From contig JAZLCN010000054.1 of NCBI GenBank assembly GCA_045614255.1, positions 34,531 through 98,530 on the forward strand: 64,000 bases of DNA. The letters run 5' to 3'. The stretch comes from Prevotella sp. (lineage in GTDB: Bacteria; Bacteroidota; Bacteroidia; Bacteroidales; Bacteroidaceae). The stretch's first letter is position 1. Every line of letters starts with the position of its first letter. Shown here piece after piece: positions 1-8,842 of the stretch. The translations under genes and the position numbers were made by a program. A model generated the notes under the pieces. It was given only the letters and a program-made list of their open reading frames with translations. It ran no database searches and had not been told where the DNA came from.

Positions 1-1722
1 GTTTACCTGTGGCGAAGCAAAGGCTGTGCGTGCTGTTGGTGCCTTCCACTCATAGCCGGCGCCAATATTTACAAGATGTCCCTTGCCAAGATTGAAGCTG
101 GCACCAATCTTGCCGCCTCCATCGAGGAACTTGGCTGAGCCGCTCTTGCCGAAAGAATTGTCTTTAGCCAGTCCGTTGCGCATCTTGCCTTCGCGCTGCA
201 TGGTAAGACCACTGATACGACCGTTAACAAACACACGCGCAAAGCTGAAATCATGTGAATAGCCAGCCCATGCTGTGGCTTTATTAACGAATATGTTATA
301 GTCGTATGCAAACTTATCGCCCACACGCACTTCTGCGTTAGGATTGTTGAGGTCGTACTGAACCTCGTCTGAGTTTTCAGCATAGGTACCTACCACATAA
401 GTGTTGATGTTGCGGAACTTGCTGGCTCCGAGCAGGTCTTCCATTGTCTGATAGTGCAATCCCTTGTTGGTAGAAAGTGTTATTCCAGCATTGAGAACCG
501 AGTTTTTGCCCAGTTCTTTGCGCAATACAGATGCCAGGTTGAGTGTCAGCTGGTCGTCATGATAAGCCTGCTGGTAGTACATAGCGTCTGCTCCTTGCTG
601 AGAAGCCATCTTGTTGGCATAGTAAAGGCGGTCCCAGTTAATCTGGCGGTTGGCCTTTGATGCGCTAAGGTAGTCGTAAGCAGCCTGCCAGTTGCCAAAG
701 GCTGTCGCTGTTCTGTTCTCACCGTCTGCTGGATCCCAAACGTTATAGTGATAACTTGGCATCAGACTGTAGTAGTCTGGTGCAGGATTGGTACTGTTGT
801 TGTAGTTGAGTCTTGAACTGCTATACATTGAATATTTGCCCAGCAAGGTTGTTGTGAGCTTGGTCTTCTCGTCGATGGTGAAGTCCCAAGTGAGCAGGGC
901 AGTAGGAGCAAAACTCTCTATTACGCGGGCGTTGCGCTTCTCGCCGTTCTGATAACCCCAGTTGGGATTATAGTGATTGTCGTTGGCAATCCAGTACATC
1001 TCGTCTGTGCTGGCTGCCTGGGCAGCACGCTCGGTAGGGTTTCCCCATGTAACAAGCGACAGACTGTGCTGGTCGTTGATAATCTTCTCAACACCGAAGA
1101 AATAAGAAAGGGCGTTATAGAATGTTCCTTCGATATATCCTTCGGTGGCTCCTCTGTAGGTCAGTGCGGCAGAGTAAGACCATCCTTTGTCGTTTATGCC
1201 AGAATTATAAGAATACATACCCCTGAATGTGTAGTTGCGGTTGGCACCAGCCAGCGACACCCTATGACCAGAAGGCATTGTGCTTGGGCGGAAGTTGTAG
1301 TTGTTAGAACCGCCAAGGGCTGTTATGGCGAAACCATTGTCCTCGAAAGGCAGCGACATCTCGACGTTGCGTGTCTGGTTGTTCAGACCGCCAACATTAG
1401 AGAAATTGAACTCGCCCCTTTCAATGTCGTTGAGCGGGTTGCCATTGACGTAGATTTCATTATACTTTGAATTGTAAGCCCTGTACTTGAATCTGGCAGC
1501 ACTGAATCGGTAACCTACGTTTCTTGCATAGGTGTTGCTGTTGGAACCAGCAACAGAGATGTTTTGCGAAACATCATCGTCTTCTCCGAGCTGAGCTTCA
1601 GTGAAGGTGAATGCCTGTTCATCCTGAGCCACATTGCCCAGTCCAAGCGAATCGACTTCCTGAGCAGCAACAGATGAAGCACTGCAAAGGGCAATCACAG
1701 CTAATTTTAGTTTATTTTTCAT
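1..1722 (-). CDS. TonB-dependent receptor-like outer membrane protein, truncated by the window edge (missing from the ORF track)
   Basis: Manual translation from ATG at 1722: MKNKLKLAVIALCSASSVAAQEVDS... (signal peptide), plug-like GYRFSAARFKYRAY..NEIYVNG, then Tyr/Asn/Gly-rich beta-barrel-like sequence open to position 1. Confidence 0.8.
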   Translation of the reverse strand, partial: MKNKLKLAVIALCSASSVAAQEVDSLGLGNVAQDEQAFTFTEAQLGEDDDVSQNISVAGSNSNTYARNVGYRFSAARFKYRAYNSKYNEIYVNGNPLNDIERGEFNFSNVGGLNNQTRNVEMSLPFEDNGFAITALGGSNNYNFRPSTMPSGHRVSLAGANRNYTFRGMYSYNSGINDKGWSYSAALTYRGATEGYIEGTFYNALSYFFGVEKIINDQHSLSLVTWGNPTERAAQAASTDEMYWIANDNHYNPNWGYQNGEKRNARVIESFAPTALLTWDFTIDEKTKLTTTLLGKYSMYSSSRLNYNNSTNPAPDYYSLMPSYHYNVWDPADGENRTATAFGNWQAAYDYLSASKANRQINWDRLYYANKMASQQGADAMYYQQAYHDDQLTLNLASVLRKELGKNSVLNAGITLSTNKGLHYQTMEDLLGASKFRNINTYVVGTYAENSDEVQYDLNNPNAEVRVGDKFAYDYNIFVNKATAWAGYSHDFSFARVFVNGRISGLTMQREGKMRNGLAKDNSFGKSGSAKFLDGGGKIGASFNLGKGHLVNIGAGYEWKAPTARTAFASPQVN

Positions 1723-1878
1723 AGTTAAATATTATATATTTTATTTTATTTTTCTAAGGTGCAAAGTAAGTAATTTTAATCTGAAAAATAAAAGTTTTTT
1801 GATTGTTTTTTCAATATTCATGCCATTTTATCAGTTTAAATGCCGATATTTGCACAATAAAAAACACAAAGTATATTT

Positions 1879-2934
1879 ATGAAGAAGTTTTTAATGTCTT
1901 TGGCACTGCTTTTTGCAGTTGGCCTCACACAGTCAATGGCACAGGAGAAGAAATTCTCTGTATATGCCGTAGGATTTTATAATCTGGAGAACCTGTTTGA
2001 CACTTGTCATGACGCAGGAAAGAATGATTATGAATTCTTGCCTGAAGGAACATATAAATGGAATAAAATAAAATATACTCACAAATTGCGTAATATGGCG
2101 CGTGTGCTGTCAGAGATGGGCACCGACATGCTGCCAAAGTCTATTGGGTGTGCAGTAATCGGTGTGAGTGAGGTTGAGAACTCAAAAGCGCTCGATGACC
2201 TTGTGGCACAGAAGCCATTGGCACAGCGTGGCTATAAGTATTGCCATATAGAAGGTCCCGACAGAAGAGGCGTGGACTGCGCTTTGCTCTATAATCCGAA
2301 ATTGTTTCAGGTGCGCGATGTAAAGCTTGTGCCTTTTATTCAGGAACTGGAGAAAGACAGTAACTATTATACCCGTGGATTCCTTACCGTAAGCGGAACA
2401 ATGGCTAACGAACATGTGACAGTTGTCGTAACCCATCTGCCAAGTCGCTTTAATGGCTCTTTCTATCGTGAGATTGGAGGCAAGCAGCTGAAAGCTCTCA
2501 AAGACTCTCTCCTTTTGGACGACCCAAAGGTTAAGGTGATAATTATGGGTGACATGAACGATGACCCGATGGACCCTTCAATGGCAGAGAAACTGGGGGC
2601 TAAGCGAGAGATAAGAGATGTAGGTGATGGCGACTTGTACAACCCTTGGTGGAATGTGCTGGCTAAAGAGGGGAGGGGTACATTGCTTTATAATGGCGCA
2701 TGGAATCTGTTTGACCAGATTGTGATGTCGCCAGGATTATTGTGCCGCGACAAGAAAAAAGACTATACCACACTGAAATATATCAAGCACCAAATTTTTA
2801 CTCGCGACTATCTGTTCCAGCAGGAAGGTAAATACAAGGGCAATCCTCGTAGAACACATGCCGGCGGCTCATGGCTTGACGGATACAGCGACCACTTGCC
2901 AACAATAGTATATCTGGCTAAACAGCAAAAATAA
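1879..2934 (+). CDS. Secreted endonuclease/exonuclease/phosphatase (EEP) family nuclease
   Basis: Signal peptide; EEP motifs FYNLENLFD, VSEVEN, THLPSR, MGDMND, LFDQI, YSDHLP. Confidence 0.9.
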   Translation: MKKFLMSLALLFAVGLTQSMAQEKKFSVYAVGFYNLENLFDTCHDAGKNDYEFLPEGTYKWNKIKYTHKLRNMARVLSEMGTDMLPKSIGCAVIGVSEVENSKALDDLVAQKPLAQRGYKYCHIEGPDRRGVDCALLYNPKLFQVRDVKLVPFIQELEKDSNYYTRGFLTVSGTMANEHVTVVVTHLPSRFNGSFYREIGGKQLKALKDSLLLDDPKVKVIIMGDMNDDPMDPSMAEKLGAKREIRDVGDGDLYNPWWNVLAKEGRGTLLYNGAWNLFDQIVMSPGLLCRDKKKDYTTLKYIKHQIFTRDYLFQQEGKYKGNPRRTHAGGSWLDGYSDHLPTIVYLAKQQK

Positions 2935-2936
2935 CT

Positions 2937-3500
2937 TTGACAGAACATCATCCCTTTAAACCATTCTTGCCTGAGAATGCGCGCCTGCTCATGCTTGGCA
3001 CATTTCCACCAGCCCAGAAGCGTTGGTGCATGGAGTTTTATTATCCCAATTTTATTAATGACATGTGGAGGATAATGGGATTGTGCTTCTTTGACAACAA
3101 GTTGTATTTCGTGGATGAGGCGGAGAAAAAATATAAACTTAATCTGATAATCCCATTTCTTGAAGAAAAGAGAATAGCATTATATGATACTGCAACAGAA
3201 GTAATAAGAACAAAGAACAACGCCTCTGACAAAGACTTGCAGATTATAACGCCAACCAATCTTGACGCCATGCTGCGCCAGTTGCCAAAATGCGAGTTCG
3301 TAATAACGGCAGGGCAATTGGCTACGGAAGTTTTCTGTTCACATTATAATATTGATGTGCCTAAGGTTGGAGAGTTTTCGGAGTTTGCGCTCGATGGGCG
3401 TTGTCTCAAACTTTATCGCATGCCAAGTTCGTCAAGGGCATACCCAATGAAGGTGGAGAAGAAGGCCTCTTTTTACAATATTGTTTTTAAGCATTTATAA
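2937..3500 (+). CDS. Uracil-DNA glycosylase superfamily protein (family 6/HDG- or MUG-like)
   Basis: LMLGTFPP, FYYPN..NDMWRI and MPSSSRAY motifs; TTG start 2 nt after the upstream stop. Confidence 0.8.
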   Translation: MTEHHPFKPFLPENARLLMLGTFPPAQKRWCMEFYYPNFINDMWRIMGLCFFDNKLYFVDEAEKKYKLNLIIPFLEEKRIALYDTATEVIRTKNNASDKDLQIITPTNLDAMLRQLPKCEFVITAGQLATEVFCSHYNIDVPKVGEFSEFALDGRCLKLYRMPSSSRAYPMKVEKKASFYNIVFKHL

Positions 3501-3511
3501 AAATAACGAAT

Positions 3512-4126
3512 ATGACAATTATAGGCATCGCCGGTGGTACTGGTTCCGGCAAAACAACTGTAGTAAGAAAGATAGCAGAGTCGCTGCCGCCGCATTATGT
3601 GGCTGTGGTTCCACTTGACTCTTATTATAACGATACCACGCACATGACAGATGAGGAGCGAAGTGCTATTAACTTTGACCATCCGGATGCCTTCGACTGG
3701 AAACTGCTGATAGAGCATGTAAAACAGTTAAAGGCGGGCAATGCCGTTGAGCAGCCAACATATTCTTATATAGAAAGTAACCGTCAGAAAGAGACTGTTC
3801 ATGTAGAACCGAAGCCTGTGATAATAATCGAGGGCATCATGACCTTGCTTAACAAGAAGTTGCGAGAGATGATGGACCTGAAGATATTTGTTGATACAGA
3901 CTCAGACGAGCGACTTATCAGAAACATACAGCGTGATGTTGTAGAAAGAGGACGCACTGTAGAAATGGTTATCGACCGCTATCTGAAAGTGCTCAAACCT
4001 ATGCACGAACAGTTTATCGAACCAACAAAAAAATATGCCGACCTTATCATCCCGCAAGGCGGTGATAATAAAACCGGCATTAATATCCTCAAATCATATA
4101 TTGAGGGAATTGTTTTGAAGTTATGA
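3512..4126 (+). CDS. udk: Uridine kinase
   Basis: GIAGGTGSGKTT P-loop, DSYY, NFDHPDAFD, IIEGI, RNIQRDVVERGR. Confidence 0.95.
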   Translation: MTIIGIAGGTGSGKTTVVRKIAESLPPHYVAVVPLDSYYNDTTHMTDEERSAINFDHPDAFDWKLLIEHVKQLKAGNAVEQPTYSYIESNRQKETVHVEPKPVIIIEGIMTLLNKKLREMMDLKIFVDTDSDERLIRNIQRDVVERGRTVEMVIDRYLKVLKPMHEQFIEPTKKYADLIIPQGGDNKTGINILKSYIEGIVLKL

Positions 4127-4153
4127 GTTCGCTTCGCTTAAAACCTCAAAACC
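4127..4153. repeat. Short 8-mer array (AAAACCTC x2) and GTTCGCTTCGCT motif between convergent genes
   Basis: Read directly: gttcgcttcgcttaaaacctcaaaacctcat. Confidence 0.5.
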
Positions 4154-5116
4154 TCATCTATGTCCGCCAAAATTGCCTCTCCTATTGCCTCCGCCGTTAG
4201 ATTGGCCTTGTAACTTTACTCTTGGAGAATTTCCCCTTAGAGACTCTATGCGCCCCTTGTTTAGTCCGCTATTGCTTGGGCGTATTGATGTGCCTTGGTT
4301 GCGATTAATTGTTGAAGGACGTCTTGATGTTGTGCTACTGCTGTTTCTGTTGTTGCCAAAACCTCCACGCTGCCCTCCAGACACTCCGTTTGTATTACGC
4401 TCACCATTGTTTATAGAAGGTCTGCTGCCATGATTCTGCTGATTGTCATGACGGTCTATAGCATTATTCTTATTATTGACTCTGTCGTCTCTACGTTTTC
4501 CAAAGTTGCTGTTGCCATGGTTATTGTCTCTACCGTTGCGATTTACAGTAACAGTTGTGGAACTTCCAATACCATTAGGTCTGTTTCTATACTCTCCACG
4601 GTCCCATCTGTCGCGCATGCCACCATGGTTGCGGCTACCGTTTGAGCGGAAATGACTAGTGCGGCCATGATAATAGCCATGCTGCCCGTGATGTCTCCAG
4701 CTGTGACCTCCTCTATATGTTGCATAAAAAGCTGGTCGGCCAAAGTACAAGTAGTGGCGGCGTGGATAGCGTGCGTATATCCTAAAGTGCCAGTAACCAG
4801 CATCCCAGTATAGTGGGCGGAAGAAATAAGCTGCAGCACGGAATGCATTCCACTGCCACTCCAAGAGGATATAGCTCATGTCGAGATTGCGGCGCTCCCA
4901 GTATGTGCCGAATACGTCATTGCGACTGGTTACTCCCATCAAGTAGTCAAGATTAATCTCATAAGCGGCCTCATACTGCTCAGATGACAGATTGAGCTCG
5001 TATGCCATCTTGTCTGTAAGGAACAGGGCTTCGTTACGTGCCTGCTCGTATGTCATCGCATTGGCTGATAAACTTATTGTCAGCATTGCAACTATTGATA
5101 ATATTATTCTTCTCAT
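4154..5116 (-). CDS. Hypothetical secreted protein with an aromatic-rich middle region and a long disordered R/G/N/S-rich tail
   Basis: Start reassigned to MRRIILSIVAM (ATG 5116), which gives a signal peptide; helical N-domain TDKMAYELNL..; low-complexity C-terminal half. Confidence 0.75.
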   Translation of the reverse strand: MRRIILSIVAMLTISLSANAMTYEQARNEALFLTDKMAYELNLSSEQYEAAYEINLDYLMGVTSRNDVFGTYWERRNLDMSYILLEWQWNAFRAAAYFFRPLYWDAGYWHFRIYARYPRRHYLYFGRPAFYATYRGGHSWRHHGQHGYYHGRTSHFRSNGSRNHGGMRDRWDRGEYRNRPNGIGSSTTVTVNRNGRDNNHGNSNFGKRRDDRVNNKNNAIDRHDNQQNHGSRPSINNGERNTNGVSGGQRGGFGNNRNSSSTTSRRPSTINRNQGTSIRPSNSGLNKGRIESLRGNSPRVKLQGQSNGGGNRRGNFGGHR

Positions 5117-5155
5117 ATCAATGTGGTTTTTTGCGTTAAACTTACTTTTCTGATG

Positions 5156-5163
5156 CAAAAATA
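5156..5163 (-). promoter_or_regulatory. Bacteroidota -7 promoter element TATTTTTG
   Basis: Matches TAnnTTTG about 40 nt upstream of ATG 5116. Confidence 0.6.
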
Positions 5164-5185
5164 CTAATATCTATAAATAAAGACA

Positions 5186-5220
5186 AGGGAAAATCCCTAA
5201 ATGATTAGAGGGAAATCCCT
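5186..5220. promoter_or_regulatory. Two palindromic boxes AGGGAAAATCCCT / AGGGAAATCCCT (candidate operators)
   Basis: Boxes at 5186-5198 and 5209-5220, between two divergent -7 elements. Confidence 0.5.
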
Positions 5221-5269
5221 ATTCGTTTGTTTTTTACTAAAATACAACATTTTTCTCATATTTTATAAT

Positions 5270-5277
5270 TATCTTTG
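5270..5277 (+). promoter_or_regulatory. -7 promoter element TATCTTTG for wzi
   Basis: Consensus TAnnTTTG just upstream of ATG 5286. Confidence 0.65.
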
Positions 5278-5285
5278 CAACTGCA

Positions 5286-6866
5286 ATGAGAAAACCTTTT
5301 ATATATATATTATTTGTTTGCGCAACAATTTCCTTGGGAACAAATGCACAAACAAAATTGCCTGATTTGACAGAAGGACTGGAATATAGCCTCTCTGCAG
5401 AGGGGTCTGTGGCTTTTGGTGAAAACACTCCCTTATGGCTGAATGCAAACAAATACGGATTAAGTTCGCTGGAGAAGGAGAATGGATATCTCCGCGCCTC
5501 TTTACAGCGTCCGCTAAGCGTTGACTCAGACAGGAAATGGGCATTGGGGTATGGCGTAGACGTGGCTGCCGCTTATAATTATACAAGTAACATAATCATT
5601 CAGCAGGCATATGCAGAAGCGCGCTGGCTGAATGGTGTGCTGACTGTTGGAAGCAAGCATTTCCCAATGGAACTGAAAAACCAAGAATTGAGCAGCGGTT
5701 CGCAGACACTTGGCATAAATGCACGGCCAGTGCCACAGGTGAGACTGGCATTGCCTGATTACTGGACACTGCCTTTTACCAACGGATGGGTAGGCATTAA
5801 AGGACATGTGGCATACGGAAAGATGACAGACGATAACTGGCAAGCTGATTTCACGGAGAGAAAGAGTAAATATGGAGAAGGCGTATTATATCATAGCAAG
5901 GCAGGTTTCATAAAAATTGGTAATGAATACCGTTTCCTGCCTGTGTCACTGGAACTGGGCGTAGAGATGGCATGCCAGTTTGGAGGTAGAGCGTATAATG
6001 TGATTGGAGTAGAAGGAGGATCGCGTGACGTTATTGAAAACGAAAGCGGACTTGGAGCTCTCTTTGATGCATTTATCCCAGGCGGTTCCGATGCACCAGA
6101 GGCGGAGTATAAGAATGTATCGGGAAATCATTTGGGTAGTTGGATGTTCCGCTTGAACTTTGATTATGATAACTGGTATCTCGGATTATATGGCGAGCAC
6201 TTCTTTGAAGACCATTCTTCAATGTTCTACCTTGATTATGACGGATATGAAGAAGGAAAACCAAATACAGTAAGAAAAGACAACCGCTATATTCTTTATG
6301 ACTTCAAGGATATGCTGGTAGGAGCAGAACTGAAACTGAAGAATTGCAGATATCTTAATGATATTGTGGTAGAATATCTGTATTCAAAATATCAGAGCGG
6401 TCCAATCTATCACGACCATAATCAAAATGTTTCTGGTCATATAGGAGGTATAGATGATTATTACAATAATTATATATACCCGGGATGGCACCATTGGGGA
6501 CAGGTGATAGGAAATCCATTGTATCTGTCGCCAATATACAATGAAGATGGAAAGTTAATGGTTAAGAACAATCGTTTATATGCATTCCATTTAGGACTGA
6601 GTGGTGATCCGCTTAATGATTTGCACTACCGAGTTCTTGCTACCTATCAGAAAGGATTTGGAACATACAGGGCACCATACCCGAACCCACGCCATAACGT
6701 GAGCGTGCTGGCTGAGCTTATATATGAATTCCCTGAAACCTCTAAATTTACAGGATGGAGCATCCGTGGAGCATACGGAATGGACAATGGAGGACTGCTG
6801 GGAGATAACCATGGAATACAACTTACAATAGCAAAGACCGGAATACTTGATTTTAAGAAGCAATAA
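5286..6866 (+). CDS. wzi: Capsule assembly Wzi family outer membrane protein
   Basis: Signal peptide; PLWLNANKYG, LSSG..SINARPVPQ-like segment, GNHLGSW, YFEDHS-like motifs; adjacent to a polysaccharide locus. Confidence 0.8.
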   Translation: MRKPFIYILFVCATISLGTNAQTKLPDLTEGLEYSLSAEGSVAFGENTPLWLNANKYGLSSLEKENGYLRASLQRPLSVDSDRKWALGYGVDVAAAYNYTSNIIIQQAYAEARWLNGVLTVGSKHFPMELKNQELSSGSQTLGINARPVPQVRLALPDYWTLPFTNGWVGIKGHVAYGKMTDDNWQADFTERKSKYGEGVLYHSKAGFIKIGNEYRFLPVSLELGVEMACQFGGRAYNVIGVEGGSRDVIENESGLGALFDAFIPGGSDAPEAEYKNVSGNHLGSWMFRLNFDYDNWYLGLYGEHFFEDHSSMFYLDYDGYEEGKPNTVRKDNRYILYDFKDMLVGAELKLKNCRYLNDIVVEYLYSKYQSGPIYHDHNQNVSGHIGGIDDYYNNYIYPGWHHWGQVIGNPLYLSPIYNEDGKLMVKNNRLYAFHLGLSGDPLNDLHYRVLATYQKGFGTYRAPYPNPRHNVSVLAELIYEFPETSKFTGWSIRGAYGMDNGGLLGDNHGIQLTIAKTGILDFKKQ

Positions 6867-6869
6867 CAG

Positions 6870-7301
6870 ATGAGAAATATCTTATATACTATAGCAATAT
6901 GTCTTTTTCTTACCACTTCATGTACTTTTGACGTATCTGATAATGGTGATTTAGATGGATATTGGCAACTGTCGGCTGTTGATACATTGTCAAATCAGAA
7001 ATGTGTTAATATGCGTGACTCCGGAATATTCTGGGCCGTTCAATTTGAAAAACTGGTTACCAGCTCTGTTAATCCGGTAAGTGAAGTTATCTTTGATTTC
7101 AAACAAACACCTGACTCTTTGACTCTCAGTAATCCTTATGTTTTATATCGTGACTCATCTGACATAAAAATTACGAATACAGATAGGTTGAGAAAATATG
7201 GTGTAAACAACCTTGAGGAACGATTCAGAATAGTGAGATTAGATGATTCAAGGATGATATTGGAAACAGAACTGCTGAGGTTGAACTTCAGAAGATATTA
7301 G
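6870..7301 (+). CDS. Lipocalin-like lipoprotein
   Basis: Lipobox LTTSC; GDLDGYWQL motif typical of Bacteroidota lipocalin-like domains. Confidence 0.75.
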   Translation: MRNILYTIAICLFLTTSCTFDVSDNGDLDGYWQLSAVDTLSNQKCVNMRDSGIFWAVQFEKLVTSSVNPVSEVIFDFKQTPDSLTLSNPYVLYRDSSDIKITNTDRLRKYGVNNLEERFRIVRLDDSRMILETELLRLNFRRY

Positions 7302-7397
7302 AAAATATAAATTTATTTGCATTGTTTTAAAAAACTATTTTATTTTATACAATAATCATTTAAAAAAATAGTTATAAAATAAAAATAAAGATTGGCA

Positions 7398-7991
7398 ATG
7401 AATGCTTTTGAAAGATATATAAAACGTTTTTTTGATATTGTTATAGCGCTCTTTTGTTTGATTGTTTTCTCGCCGCTGTTTCTTATCTGTTATATCATGA
7501 TAAAGAAAGACGATGGTGGCACGGCAATATTCAAACAAGAGCGAATAGGCTATAAGGGCAGACCTTTTTATATACTAAAATTCAGAAGCATGAGAATGGA
7601 TGCCGAGAAAGACGGACCGGCATTGTATAAAGACCAAGAGGATAATAGACTAACATCAGCAGGAAAATTTTTGAGGGAACATCATTTAGACGAACTTCCA
7701 CAATTGTGGAATGTTCTTAAAGGTGACATGTCTTTCATTGGTCCACGCCCAGAGCGCGAGTTTTTTATAAAACAGATTATGGAGCACGATTCAAGATATG
7801 AACAGCTCTATCAGTTGCGTCCGGGCGTAACATCATACGCTACATTGTATAATGGATATACCGACACCATGGAGAAGATGTTGAGGCGCCTTGAATTAGA
7901 CCTGTACTATCTAGAGCATCATTCTTTATGGTTTGACATGAAGATATTATGGATGACTTTTACCAGTATAGCTTTTGGAAAGAAATTCTGA
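7398..7991 (+). CDS. Priming sugar (phosphoglycosyl) transferase, WcaJ/PglC C-terminal type
   Basis: KRFFDI, FKQERIG..G, KFRSM, LDELPQLWNVLKGDMSFIGPRP, RPGVT; ATG at 7398 preferred. Confidence 0.92.
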   Translation: MNAFERYIKRFFDIVIALFCLIVFSPLFLICYIMIKKDDGGTAIFKQERIGYKGRPFYILKFRSMRMDAEKDGPALYKDQEDNRLTSAGKFLREHHLDELPQLWNVLKGDMSFIGPRPEREFFIKQIMEHDSRYEQLYQLRPGVTSYATLYNGYTDTMEKMLRRLELDLYYLEHHSLWFDMKILWMTFTSIAFGKKF

Positions 7992-7998
7992 TATAGAA

Positions 7999-8024
7999 AA
8001 AAGAGTGACGGTGGTCACTCTTTT
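7999..8024. terminator. Bidirectional intrinsic terminator overlapping the GH16 stop codon
   Basis: AAAAGAGTGAC-GGTG-GTCACTCTTTT perfect stem between convergent genes. Confidence 0.8.
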
Positions 8025-8842
8025 AGTTTATATATTTTTACCCAGTCTATATCCATATAGGCAGGATATGTTGACGGGTCGGGCACCGGAAGCCAGTTAG
8101 TATCACCACCGACTTGCATGTCTATCATTAAGTAGTATTCAGTTCTAAAAGGATATTGTCCGATACCTTCACCTTCAATGCGGTTGTATCGAAATGTCTC
8201 TTTGTTGTTAATGCTGAATATTAGCATGTCGGGGAGAATCTCAATGCCATAGATATTATATTTCTCTGTATCTATACGCTCCTGGGTGTTATTTTTAATT
8301 GGCTTTTTCTGATGCATTGTGTAATAGCAGTGTGCTGCTTGACGAGCGCACCATCTGGTTTCAGACTCAAGGATGTCGATTTCAGCATATTCCGGATTTG
8401 GCCAAACCTTGTCAGGCTCTGTTCTTAGCAGCCAAATGGCGGGCCAAGTGCCTTTCGCTCCTTTTATGCGGGCTTTTACTTCTACTTTGCCATATCTTAT
8501 ATTTATCTTATTCTGTGTTGAAATGCCGCCAGTGAGATATGTGGCAGTGTCATTGGGCTCTATTCCTTTATTCTGGCGTGCATAAAGGCGCATACGTCCT
8601 CTGCTCTGTTTGTAAAGGCTTTCATTGCTTGACATATATTTGCTCCATGAGTAAGGCTGTCTCTTTATCTTGCCCCATGCTTTGCCGTTAATGTTTTTGC
8701 CGTTAAAATCGTCTTCGAAAAGCAACTCATAGTTGCTGTTACGCTGGCGAATGTCACTTAGTGCCAATGAATGAAGCGAACTGAGAGGTGATGAGAAAAA
8801 GACCATCAATAGGAAGATGGCCAGATTGAAGATATTTCTCAT
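8015..8842 (-). CDS. Glycoside hydrolase family 16
   Basis: LLFEDDFNG, YGKVEVKA, GTWPAIWL, catalytic EIDILE, YLMIDMQVGG, MDIDWVKIY; N-terminal signal. Confidence 0.88.
   Translation of the reverse strand: MRNIFNLAIFLLMVFFSSPLSSLHSLALSDIRQRNSNYELLFEDDFNGKNINGKAWGKIKRQPYSWSKYMSSNESLYKQSRGRMRLYARQNKGIEPNDTATYLTGGISTQNKINIRYGKVEVKARIKGAKGTWPAIWLLRTEPDKVWPNPEYAEIDILESETRWCARQAAHCYYTMHQKKPIKNNTQERIDTEKYNIYGIEILPDMLIFSINNKETFRYNRIEGEGIGQYPFRTEYYLMIDMQVGGDTNWLPVPDPSTYPAYMDIDWVKIYKLKE

Noticed and set aside
69-1470. Short ORFs 69-383, 454-660 and 973-1470
   Set aside because: Shadow frames of the long minus-strand TonB-receptor ORF that runs off the window edge.
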